DNA of 64,000 nucleotides, from NCBI GenBank assembly GCA_030141605.1, contig JAQGDQ010000081.1:620001-684000 (forward strand), written 5' to 3'. The notes under the pieces are model-generated. The model had not been told where the DNA came from. It worked only from the letters and a program-made list of their open reading frames with translations, and did not search any database. The position numbers and the translations under genes were made by a program. Each line of letters begins with the position of its first letter. Position 1 is the stretch's first letter. Below are positions 54,601 to 64,000 of this stretch, piece after piece. The stretch is from Tubiluchus corallicola. Lineage: Eukaryota > Animalia > Priapulida.

Positions 54601-57600
54601 TTAAATGCTTTATTGGCTTTAAAATGAAATTTTAATTAAGAAGAAAATCAGGGTTATTTTCAGCACCAGAGGTCAGTTATTGGAATGCCTGGAAGGTAAA
54701 CATTAAGGACAACCTAACAGTATAATATTAAATAACGTGAATATATCAATATAATTTTTCAGTAACACAATGGCCAATGCTGCTCTCTACTTCATTTAAA
54801 TTTTACGTTAACATATTTTATTTGTTTTCAATTCTTGCTAGCTTAGTGTCGGCTGAACCTTGGTGCCTTAAGAACGTGCTTAGTCTGCTGATGCGTTAAA
54901 CCGGCCCTGGTTATTACAGGCATGTAGAAGACGTGGTTTAAACAGGAAAATTTCAGTTTTTATTAATTAAAGCAAACCGGTAGATGTTGTCTCCCTAACG
55001 AAGTGTGGGATCCTTAAAGCTTGGCCATTTTACTCATTTATTGTTGTTGTGTGCGATGGTGTTGTTGCTGTTGGCACATGTTTAAAAACTACCAGAAGCC
55101 AAAGCTTTCATTGTAAAAGGCTGAAATTTTACACATGGATACTACGGATCTTTTTAAAGTTCGTAGTGGAGCCCGATTTTTCATTTTTCTGATTTGGCCC
55201 TCAAATGTGCCAGCTAAATGGATCTCCCGTATATGCTGTTATTTTGTTGTTGCATTGTTTTGATTTGTTTCGTTTTAATGTATAATGGATCGGTCCCATC
55301 CTCGTGATTCTATTTTTTACGAAAAATGCCTTGCCACGACAATGACAAACGCTTACCATGATTTTCTTACAGAAATCATTATTGACTTTACAAAAAATAG
55401 CAAGTAGGACGTGCCGGATCCAAATGCATTCTAGTTTTAAAAGTGCCTCTACTACACTACATCTATTATCAGCACGTAAAAGAATGTATCTTAAAAGAAA
55501 CCATAAGTTTCCGCATAAAGAAATGTTCTGAAAGGGTATCATTAACACTATGATATTAACACTAACAGGTGATTAACACTATATAAGCCGATAAGCGATG
55601 CTACAGCTTTTAAGCAAGGCAAGTCATGGCAAGGCAAGGAACTCAACACACTGACGTCATTAGTACTAACAGAATCGATACAGAACAAAACAAATCAACT
55701 AGCCACCATGATATTTTCTGATCATGAATGTTTATTGATATTGTTATAAATTATAACTACTTTTATGACGGGAAGCCATCTTCGACAATCATTATAAAGA
55801 GGGCTGTGTTGTTTAATTGTTCCAAGTTAGTAAAATTTACGGTCACAGTTCCATCTTAGCATTTAAAACTTTTTACACATTTTTTTCTTTAGAAAAAAAT
55901 TGATGGCACCGTATGGGCGCAGATGATCCCAATAAATAATGCATGGCAAAGGAAGGTGTCGAAACCTTCTTTGGCTGCTGCTTCTACAAGCGTGCTGCAG
56001 GCAAACAAGTGTCGTGACATAGTTGAAACATAAGGGACCAAGTATTTTTCATTTGCAATAAATAAATTCATTCGTAATTGAACCTAGCTGGGGAGCTAAA
56101 TCTCTTTCTATATTTATACCAGTTGAACCGCCTTCGCACTTCTTTGTCGGCAGACTCTTCCTCCGTTGTGTCTTCACCAGTCTCTTGGCTATCTTCAGTA
56201 GCAGGCTCGGCTTCAACTGTTTTGTCAGATCCATTGATAGCGGGCTCTGACATCGCTGTTCTACTTGTAATTGTGGCTTTGTCTCTATACTCTGACATAG
56301 TGGTCCTGCTTGTAATTGTGGCTTTGTCTGAATACTCTGGCATAGTTATCCCATCTTTGGCACGATGACCTTGTACCTTAACGAGGTCATGCTTAATAAT
56401 AACTTTACTATCTTTCCCAGGTTTGTCTTCAGATAGTAATTCAGCAACCTCTTTAGCTCCAAGAACTATTTCCTGACCTTCTTTTGCTCTGAAAACAACC
56501 CTCTCTTCCTCAACTTTGCCAGCCTTTTGAATTTTACCAAGTGGTTCATAACCTTGTCTCGCCATTAACGTATCACGTTCTTCCATAACGTTATCAGTCC
56601 TTTCAGTTTTATCTATTGTACCGGAAACCTCGGGAACTTTGGGAGCTCCTAAAACTACCTGACGACCACGCTGTGCATCCAAACTGTCATTTTCACTATC
56701 AACCAGGTTAATCCATTCAGCTTTATCAATCGATAGGGAGTCTTCAATTTCTTTGGCACCAAAAACTGCTTCGTGGCCTTGTTTGGCTCTAAAAATGCCA
56801 CTTTCGTCTTTGTCGTAATCAACTTCTGTAACTTTGGCAGCTTTTTTGCTTGCAGGAATGGTCACAACTTGTTCAGTGATAGACGAGATAGAAGTAGCAC
56901 CCTTGGGCCTCAAATCACGGTCTGCATCTTCCACTCGTTCAGATTGTTCACTTATTTTGCTCATAACATCAACTTTATCTTCTTTCAATATCTTGTTGAC
57001 ATTATCACTAAGGAGTTCTGCTTTATCATCATGCGAAATACATTCTGATGGAATTAGGAGCGGTTTAGTACTGTGAGTTGCATCTTCACTTTCTGCTTTT
57101 CTTTCTACGTATTTTTTGCCATCTGGTACTGACGTCATTGCTTTACTAGTGATTGTACTCATTTCTACATGTGATGCGTCCACTTTGGTTGCTTGACTGA
57201 TACCACTTGGCTTGTCACTTTGTTCAGTCTTGTCATCTAATGTTGACTCAGTTACCATTTGAGCTCCAGAAGCCTCCTCTGTCATGTCAACTGATTCAGC
57301 TGTGAATGTACTTACTTCTGCAGCTTTTTGTTTTCCACTAATATCAGTATCACTGTACAGTTCACTGTACAGGTTATTATACAAAGCTCTAGCATTATCA
57401 ACAGAACTTACTAAATCTGTTGGTGCTACTTTCACCAAAGTTTCCTTGGCAAGAAAATCTAAAGCTTCGACACTTGAATGCTCTTGGGCAGATGCAGACT
57501 TCGAGTCATAGACAGCCACTTTTTCTGTTTCTGTTACTCTTGCTTCTTTGGCATATTTTCTAACTCTGTCCCGTGTTTCTGTTTCAGGAGCTGCATCACT

Positions 57601-59842
57601 GATATGATATCTGTCAACATACCGACCATCTAGTTTTGGTTTTGTAGAAGCCTTTTCTGTCAGCTGAGATTGCTTTCGTTTTCCAGCTTTAACCTCTGAT
57701 GCAAGTGTATGGCTTTTTACGTCAAGTACCCGAGTCTCAGCAATTTTCTTCTCAGTTTTTACAGTGACATTTTCATCTTGAACAGACGGAGGTTCTTTTT
57801 TCTCAGTTTCTTTAGCCAGCTTATCTAAGGTTACTGCTTCTGGCTTTGACATCTTTCGCGCATCCTGTGTGGTCATATCTCTTTCCATACGTATTTTTTC
57901 TTTAAAACCTGTGGGAATCTTCTTGGGCTCCAGTTCTTTGCTTTCTGAAACTGTACTCTCAGTTTTTTTAACAGAATCTTCGTCTAGACTAGGTCTGTGA
58001 CATGGGATAGGTTTGACAGCTTGAATCCGTTTTTTTGAAGTAACAGTATGAATAATAGGTCTATCTCGAATGTGGTGCTTATCAGATTTTAAGGAGGCAG
58101 TTTCTAATTTTGATTGTTCGTCGCTAATCTTCTTTTGGGCTATTGTTTGGTCACTCGGTATTTTTGATCCGAGCGAAGTTCTTTTATCCGTATCATATGA
58201 GGTGAATGTTTCACCCTTTTCACCAAAACTCCAATACTTATAATCAACCCGTTTAAACATTTCTCTCCCAACCGCAACATAATGCCCGCCAGACACTAGC
58301 TCCTCTATGCAGTTAATTTCTGTACCATCTGGCAGAGAGAAGAGTCTCCTAACCGCTCCATCAACTAAACCTATTCTTGGTGTAATTTCTTCGAAAACCT
58401 GCTCCAGAGTCTTGACACGTTTTCTCGACAGCAAGATTTTTCTGGGCTGAGAAAATCTGTCGCCATTCCGATGCACAAACAAATTTATCGGACGATTGCG
58501 TATTAGATCCTTGTCAAAACGGCAATACGCGTCGCTATATCGTTTGCTACGCTGCTGGTACAGTTTTAGCATGTTTCGCCATCGTTCTCGGGCTTTCCTG
58601 CGATTTGTTGTTTCTAGATAGTTCATGGGCACGAAGGGTTCTCCTCCACCGGCCACATATTGCTGATCGCTCTTGATTTTATCGTAGTTATCCAACCTGG
58701 TGCCTCCTTTAGGCGTGTAGATGCATCTAACAGCGCGATTTATAGATGGTCTCAGACCTGATGTCAGTGTGTCCAAAAACGCGATGTGGTTTCTGACATA
58801 TTTTTTATTAATAACGAAGCGTCGCCCTTCGAAGTAATAGTCGCCATTGATGTACACCCTTATGCACCTCACATCGGTTTTGTAGTTCAGCATGCTGTTT
58901 AGTCTCTAGCCGGGGCTTGAAAGCCGCTTTTGATACAAGAGACCTTGCGGTTTAGAGCTGCTACGGGCGCCCCCAACATCAGCTCAAAAGACTTAAACAA
59001 GCAGGAGGTCAAAGTGCTGTGGTGTTATTGTTATACCGTTTCCCCTAGCTACAAAAATGCCTAGCTTAAATAATGACGTCATTATTTAAAAAAAGCATTA
59101 TTAAGCAATTTTCACGAGTTTTAGTTAAAAAAAATCACAGTTTTCTTCAGAAACTTTGGCTTTACTTTTTATCCATAGTTTCATTCACCATTTCTGATCT
59201 TTACTCAGAAATTGAGGTGTTGCTTAGAAATTATGGGTTTTGTAGCAGACCATTGTCTCACTCAGAAATCCTAGGTTTTGCTAACAAAATCTAAGTTTTA
59301 CTCAGAAAACTGCAGCCAATAATTTGTAATTATTGGACATTTGATTTGCCATACGTGTAGCAGTTTTTCTTAAGAACTCACACAGAATCTGCACTTAATT
59401 AATACATACAACAAAGGCAACGTTTTAGTTTGTAAATGAAAACCAGCATCAAACAAGACCGGCGCATTGAAAAAGTAAACTTAAACACGCGAAATGCTTT
59501 TTGATAACTTCAGTCAAACAAGCTATTGTTATAAACTAAGCCGATGTACAAAGACGGTAGCTTTGATGCACGAAACACTTTTAACATAAAACTAGAGACA
59601 GGATCTTCCTGAAATGGAACTACGGATATATTGATATGGGAAGAGGATTATTACCTTTCAGTATCGTATGCGGAGATTTTAGTGGGCTGGGAGCTTGTAA
59701 CAGACTGTCAAAAACATGAACTTTAGAAGCAGACAGATAATAAAGTAACAAAAACCATAAAAAATGTTTATTTGCAAAGAAACTAAAACCATGCGTGTTG
59801 CAACAGTCTGTTTTTGAACTGAAGATAGATAGAGAGAGAGAG

Positions 59843-59903
<61 letters not shown>

Positions 59904-62900
59904 AAGAGATAACCAAAATCTAAATCTAAATGCTGAACTTACGGAGGTAACAGAAACAGGAAAAATGTGTCTGACTGGAATGTTGGAAAAACATCAATGA
60001 CATCAGCCACACTAAAAATAAAAAAGTTTATCTTATTATTAAAGCTGTATGATGCATAGAATTTTTTATGCATTTAAATTAGTTAATGTTCTACTGTTTG
60101 ATTAATTGTCAAGACAAAAGTTGGCAAAAAAAAGAAATGTGAAAAAGAAAAAAGTCTGAGTGAGCCTGGGTACGAACTTGGGACCTTTGCAATACAAATA
60201 GATTTCTCATCGCCTTGTTATTAGAATTGCTGTTAATTCTAAGGTCGATTTTTCACATTTCTGGTTTTTCATCCAACTTGGCAAAGTAATAATTATTGTT
60301 CATGTATTTTTTTCTATTATTCTACGTATTACTAAAATATTACATAACTATTTAATAAGAAAACCTGGAAAAAGTTCAATTTCAGTAAAATCACTTGCAG
60401 CATATCGAGACCTTTCTAGGATTTTTCAATTTTTCAACAAAAATTATTGTCACGCGCATACCTAAATGCCCATGTCATTAATGGAACCGGAAGCTGTGAC
60501 ATTTTCAAACATTTCTTATTTCCGTAACACCGGATAAGTTCGATAAAACGTTGCTAGCGACGCTTATATGAATATCCAATTAAACGAATCCAAAGTTTAA
60601 ATGTTCCAAAATAATAAAGTTAACCAGAAAATTGTGGGAAACTAGACAGACTACGAAATGAAATGACAGTTTTACTAGCGGCACAAAAGCGAAATCGAGC
60701 TGATGAAAGGGATGATTCGACCGAACCGATAATTTCACGACATAATAAACGGGCAAGTTTATAACTTTATTTCCGGTAGACCTTATACGAATGCAAAACT
60801 TTTTATACTCGAACTTTGAAAGTACTTCAGAAGGTTGTTATAAAACACGAACCTGCGCTGGGCCATGCTACAAGGCTGTCAAGAAAAAAGTTCCTCTAAA
60901 CTAACTCGCAGCCCTTTATCCCGATAGAGGCACTTGTATACGGGGCGCGCGTCGTCGCATCGTCATATTTCTCCTCTTTCTCTAGGGGCGATTCACTCCG
61001 AGACTCTACTAAGAGTCGTTGGGACGTTTTTGTTATGCGGTGTTCTTCTAAAAGCGGTAGATAAAAAACCTCCAAAATGGGGTGGGGGTGGAGAAGAACT
61101 TTTAGCTCTTTTTAAAGAAGGGAAACCGAAATGTACGATGACGTGGGTCTCTTTTATAAACGCCTCTGCGAAGAGTTACTTTGCGAGAGCTTTTTGATAA
61201 CTCTTGTTTGGATAAGTCACATTAATTTCTTAGACAAAAAGAATACAGAAACGGATCTACTTACTACAAAATTGAACTGACAATAACTCCGAGAATAATC
61301 AGTAAACTGCAAAAAATAATAAAGATATCAAAATTAACAGATACTGTAATTGTAAATATTGTCATACTGAATAATTCAGTAATTGATTAAGTCAATAGTA
61401 TCAGCAAACTATACGTGAGGAAATGCATATAAATTATACTGCATAAAATGTAGCATCAATCAATGTTGCCTATGATTAAACTATAATAAGTATTGATTTT
61501 TTTCAAAATGCGTTAAGTATGTGTATATAGCGCAAACCTGAAAAGCACAATTATGATTATGCCAGCGTATTCTGGGGAAAAACGAAAGGCATACAATTTT
61601 TTAGGCAAATTTACAATTTCACAATAATTAATTAGCAAGTCTGCTTTAAATAAATAATTTTTTTCTAAGCTGTGATTCAAAATCAATGATAAGTTCATTT
61701 GAGACCTTTCTCATAATTTAGAACTTAGAATTTTATTTTCACGTCAGTATACCAGTACCACATACTAAATAGTTATATCATAAAATACAAGTAAATATCC
61801 AAATTTACAAATAAATTTACAAATATACACGTCATTTTATAATTATCATGAATGAAACCATGATGTTACCAATAGATCAAACGTGTTATATGGATGAAAA
61901 TTGGTGAAAATAAACTTAATATTTAAGTTATTAAAATGCAACCATATTTATGCTGAGCATCATATTAGTTTTTGCGGTGTGTATTTAATGTTCTTTTTGT
62001 AAAATGTGCATTTTTAGCGTAAAATGACTGTGACTACAGACATTAATGTTAAATGAAGTACCTTTATTATATGATTATTATTATCATTATTATTATTATT
62101 ATCATTCTTCTTCTTCTTCTTCCTCTTCTTCTTCTTGTTATTGTTATTATTATTGTTATTGTTATTGTTATTGTTATTGTTATTGTTATTGTTATTGTTA
62201 TTGTTATTGTTATTGTTATTGTTATTGTTATTGTTATTGTTATTGTTATTGTTATTGTTATTGTTATTGTTATTGTTATTGTTATTGTTATTGTTATTGT
62301 TATTGTTATTGTTATTGTTATTGTTATTGTTATTGTTATTGTTATTGTTATTGTTATTGTTATTGTTATTGTTATTGTTATTGTTATTGTTATTGTTATT
62401 GTTATTGTTATTGTTATTGTTATTGTTATTGTTATTGTTATTGTTATTGTTATTGTTATTGTTATTGTATTTGTTATTGTTATTGTTATTGTTATTGTTA
62501 TTGTTATTGTTATTGTTATTGTTATTGTTATTATTATTATTATTAATTACTGTTTCAGGTAAATAGCACTATGATGCATATTCCTCCGAGAAGCTGAAAA
62601 AACATGACTATCTGGGATTTACAAAAACATTAAATACTAATCGATGGACACAAAAAAGAACTTGAATTTTTTCTTGACACCTTAATACCTTTTCGCACGA
62701 ATTTATCAATACATTTACTAACAATACAATCTTACTAATGTCTAGTTTTTTTATTTTTATGGGTTTGATGACAGTATTAAGCATAAAATGTCTATTAAGA
62801 CCTTTGTAATTTAGTAAAAATTAGTAATAAGTGCTAAAATACTTTTAGTTTATCCTGCTGAACTTATATACATTGGATAAAAATTCTTGGCGGGATAACA

Positions 62901-63797
62901 TTTTAACAAGGCTTGCTTTTTTGTGTCCATCCTGTACAATGAATATAAGTTAAAATTACTTTAATTTACTTAAGTAAATGACCTTTTTCATGCGCAACTC
63001 ATGTGCTCGAAGTTAATGTCGAATTTTTGCAACTTTCGCGTCATACGTAAAGTATCGAAGCCACGCTTTTAACAAGCAAGCTATCATAATTACGATTATT
63101 TTGCTTTTTGCCAGCTGCTCTTTAGTTAGCTGACACTTAAATTGCTCTTTCCGTATATAATCTCATATGACAAACGCGCGATTAATGAGCGTGAATTATT
63201 GCGACAAACAGTTACGAATTTCTCGTTGAATTTTTGCGTCTGTGAAATTTTGGCGAGCCGTTATAAAATGTGATCAAGTCGCTGGGATAGTTTGTAAGCT
63301 GCGCCAAAATAATGTTCAGACGTGGAAATGGTCATTTACGGCTGCAAAATGACGTATTATTTTTTTATTAGTAGTATTCTTTGTTGCTAAAAATGTTACA
63401 TACAATGTAAACATAACATTGAAATTATATTTACATACAAAATTGTATGTAACCAGTTTGCAAAAAACTGATAGACGCAACAGTGTCACTGTTAAAAATG
63501 CCTACACACTCAAGCTAACATACACCTAAAACTAATCATTGTACGTATATGTAAAAAGTATGTCAGAAAAACCTAAAAATTTCTTCGTAAAATACGAAAT
63601 CACGTGACGTATACATGTATCAAATTATAGAACACGTGACAGCCAACAGTATGTTTTTAATCAATAGAGAAAGAATAAACACAGCATGATGTATTAATCT
63701 CACAGACGTTTTAAATTTTAGTGTGATTTACAGGAAAACGAAATATCTTACCATGATTCTGGTACATAAGATGAGAGAAAGTCTGCATGGTGAAATC
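35881..63797 (-). CDS. Na+/H+ exchanger (SLC9A, plasma-membrane NHE1-5-like clade), 5'-incomplete; exons 63752-63797, 61265-61306, 59943-60011, 53890-53971, 51051-51188, 48680-48755, 47486-47668, 46368-46449, 45235-45330, 44534-44655, 43870-43946, 43237-43365, 41317-41409, 40723-40788, 39596-39702, 38983-39060, 37369-37642, 35881-36669
   Basis: 18 GT-AG exons join in phase (~849 codons): GFHHADFLSSYVPESCLLIILG, FFLFLLPPIMLESAY, NIGTILLYAVVGT, FGSLIAAVDPVAVLAIF, LVFGESLLNDAVTVV, HFSGII, SESVIFLFLG, IMGYGGLRGAVCFSL, FIQGITIKPLV and DHVMAGVEEVIG, then a long Ser/Thr-rich cytoplasmic tail. Confidence 0.95.
37783..38941 (+). mobile_element. 5'-truncated RTE-like non-LTR retrotransposon (RT domain ORF ending at 38927) in an NHE intron, antisense to the host
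   Basis: Uninterrupted RT ORF (FIDFKKAFDSV, GVKQGCIMSPFLF, LDFADDI, LYASETW, GKRKRGRPKTTW). Very short 3' end with TAAGG/CAAGG repeats. Flanked by TTTATTTA at 37775-37782 and 38942-38949 (TSD). Confidence 0.93.
48014..48174. repeat. Imperfect ~160-bp palindrome (MITE-like hairpin)
   Basis: Left arm ATCCCGCAATGAACAACG...CGTTTCTGTTGCACAGTAG pairs with right arm CTAGTGTGCAATAGAAACG...CGTTGGTTATTGTGGGAT. Confidence 0.7.
48236..48670 (-). mobile_element. Decayed L2/CR1-like LINE 3' end
   Basis: Minus strand reads YLVELLQTYTTSLRLRSSD...SAAPRFLNALSGEVKNSQSIAVFKCKV, typical of the L2/CR1 ORF2 C-terminus, and ends in an (ATT)n tail. Confidence 0.65.
49480..49790. repeat. Degenerate (CAT/CGT)n low-complexity tract
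   Basis: Eroded trinucleotide repeat, e.g. catcatcatcctcgtcgtcgttgtcatcac. Confidence 0.7.
51538..51975. repeat. (CAT)n microsatellite with a degenerate extension
   Basis: Near-pure CAT run at ~51556-51695, degenerate to ~51975. Confidence 0.95.
53070..53292. repeat. ~30-bp minisatellite, about 7 diverged copies
   Basis: Recurring CTTTGTCTTACAAGTTGTAGGACTGTAAA-like unit. Confidence 0.8.
54419..54909. mobile_element. Possible hAT-like non-autonomous element
   Basis: Ends are CAGGGTCGGATTA and (revcomp) CAGGGCCGGTTTA; no 8-bp TSD recognisable. Confidence 0.35.
56068..58893 (-). CDS. Intronless doublecortin-domain protein (DCDC2-like), 941 aa, nested in an NHE intron
   Basis: Two DCX domains (IRVYINGDYYFEGRRFVIN...VRCIYTPKGG...YVAGGGEPF; LFVHRNGDRFSQPRKILL...GAVRRLFSLPDG...YVAVGREMFK) followed by a long charged tail with DCDC2-like GIFRAK..E..GAKEI motifs. 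AATAAA on the minus strand at 55731-55736. Confidence 0.9.
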   Translation of the reverse strand: MLNYKTDVRCIRVYINGDYYFEGRRFVINKKYVRNHIAFLDTLTSGLRPSINRAVRCIYTPKGGTRLDNYDKIKSDQQYVAGGGEPFVPMNYLETTNRRKARERWRNMLKLYQQRSKRYSDAYCRFDKDLIRNRPINLFVHRNGDRFSQPRKILLSRKRVKTLEQVFEEITPRIGLVDGAVRRLFSLPDGTEINCIEELVSGGHYVAVGREMFKRVDYKYWSFGEKGETFTSYDTDKRTSLGSKIPSDQTIAQKKISDEQSKLETASLKSDKHHIRDRPIIHTVTSKKRIQAVKPIPCHRPSLDEDSVKKTESTVSESKELEPKKIPTGFKEKIRMERDMTTQDARKMSKPEAVTLDKLAKETEKKEPPSVQDENVTVKTEKKIAETRVLDVKSHTLASEVKAGKRKQSQLTEKASTKPKLDGRYVDRYHISDAAPETETRDRVRKYAKEARVTETEKVAVYDSKSASAQEHSSVEALDFLAKETLVKVAPTDLVSSVDNARALYNNLYSELYSDTDISGKQKAAEVSTFTAESVDMTEEASGAQMVTESTLDDKTEQSDKPSGISQATKVDASHVEMSTITSKAMTSVPDGKKYVERKAESEDATHSTKPLLIPSECISHDDKAELLSDNVNKILKEDKVDVMSKISEQSERVEDADRDLRPKGATSISSITEQVVTIPASKKAAKVTEVDYDKDESGIFRAKQGHEAVFGAKEIEDSLSIDKAEWINLVDSENDSLDAQRGRQVVLGAPKVPEVSGTIDKTERTDNVMEERDTLMARQGYEPLGKIQKAGKVEEERVVFRAKEGQEIVLGAKEVAELLSEDKPGKDSKVIIKHDLVKVQGHRAKDGITMPEYSDKATITSRTTMSEYRDKATITSRTAMSEPAINGSDKTVEAEPATEDSQETGEDTTEEESADKEVRRRFNWYKYRKRFSSPARFNYE
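59038..59089. promoter_or_regulatory. Candidate promoter of the DCX gene: X-box-like motif plus CRE palindrome
   Basis: GTTTCCCCTAGCTAC (59038-59052) resembles an RFX X-box. TGACGTCA (59074-59081) lies at the centre of the perfect palindrome TTAAATAATGACGTCATTATTTAA, 145-195 bp upstream of the ATG. Confidence 0.45.
59829..59898. repeat. (AG)n microsatellite
   Basis: About 34 AG units with one interruption. Confidence 0.97.
62066..62545. repeat. Compound microsatellite (ATT)n-(CTT)n-(TTATTG)n
   Basis: About 390 bp of near-perfect TTATTG hexamers preceded by ATT and CTT runs. Confidence 0.97.
62640..62934. mobile_element. Tc1/mariner-type MITE
   Basis: Inverted ends GATGGACACAAAAAAG (62643-62658) and CTTTTTTGTGTCCATCCTG followed by TA (62916-62936); the left tip is eroded. 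Confidence 0.6.
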
Positions 63798-64000
63798 CTG
63801 AAAACGAAAGCAAAAACCAATAATTGCTGAGTTCAAATCATTAGCAATATAGCAATGTTAAAGATGTATAATATAGAGAACGTGTATTTCTCGGGCTCTA
63901 TATTGTCTTAAATTAATAATCTAACTTTTACAGATAACATTTATATATATTTATATATTTATTTATTATTATTTACACACGCATATATATATGTTTTACA

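Noticed and set aside
56078-57511. Plus-strand ORFs opposite the DCX gene (likewise 9548-9874, 10444-10692 and 36311-36708 opposite other genes)
   Set aside because: Antisense shadows of real coding exons.
61513-61698. Hydrophobic minus-strand ORF as an NHE exon
   Set aside because: The NHE frame is already complete using exons 63752-63797, 61265-61306 and 59943-60011; this segment lacks NHE motifs.
62046-62566. ORFs encoding poly-(CY), poly-(IV) and poly-L
   Set aside because: They are translations of the (TTATTG)n microsatellite in an NHE intron.

Overview
AT-rich, intron-containing eukaryotic DNA, most likely an invertebrate metazoan; the species cannot be determined from sequence. Splicing by eye gives: (1) the 3' part of LSM11 (U7 snRNP Sm-like protein, + strand), whose Sm1 and Sm2 motifs are separated by a ~1,230-aa Ser/Arg/His-rich spacer containing an 8 x 162-bp coding tandem repeat broken by a 44-bp frameshifting insertion; (2) a calmin/nesprin-type tandem calponin-homology (CH-CH) gene (+) with no convincing terminal exon, whose last exon splices in frame via a 30-nt micro-exon into (3) a complete DGAT2/MOGAT acyltransferase, giving a candidate ~686-aa actin-binding/lipid-synthesis fusion protein (the main novel candidate); (4) 18 exons of an SLC9A Na+/H+ exchanger (- strand, 5' end outside the window) hosting (5) an intronless DCDC2-like doublecortin gene on the same strand and a young 5'-truncated RTE-like LINE with a target-site duplication. 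Introns also hold decayed LINEs, a tRNA-derived SINE, MITEs, long inverted repeats and microsatellites. All gene models are manual predictions without transcript evidence.
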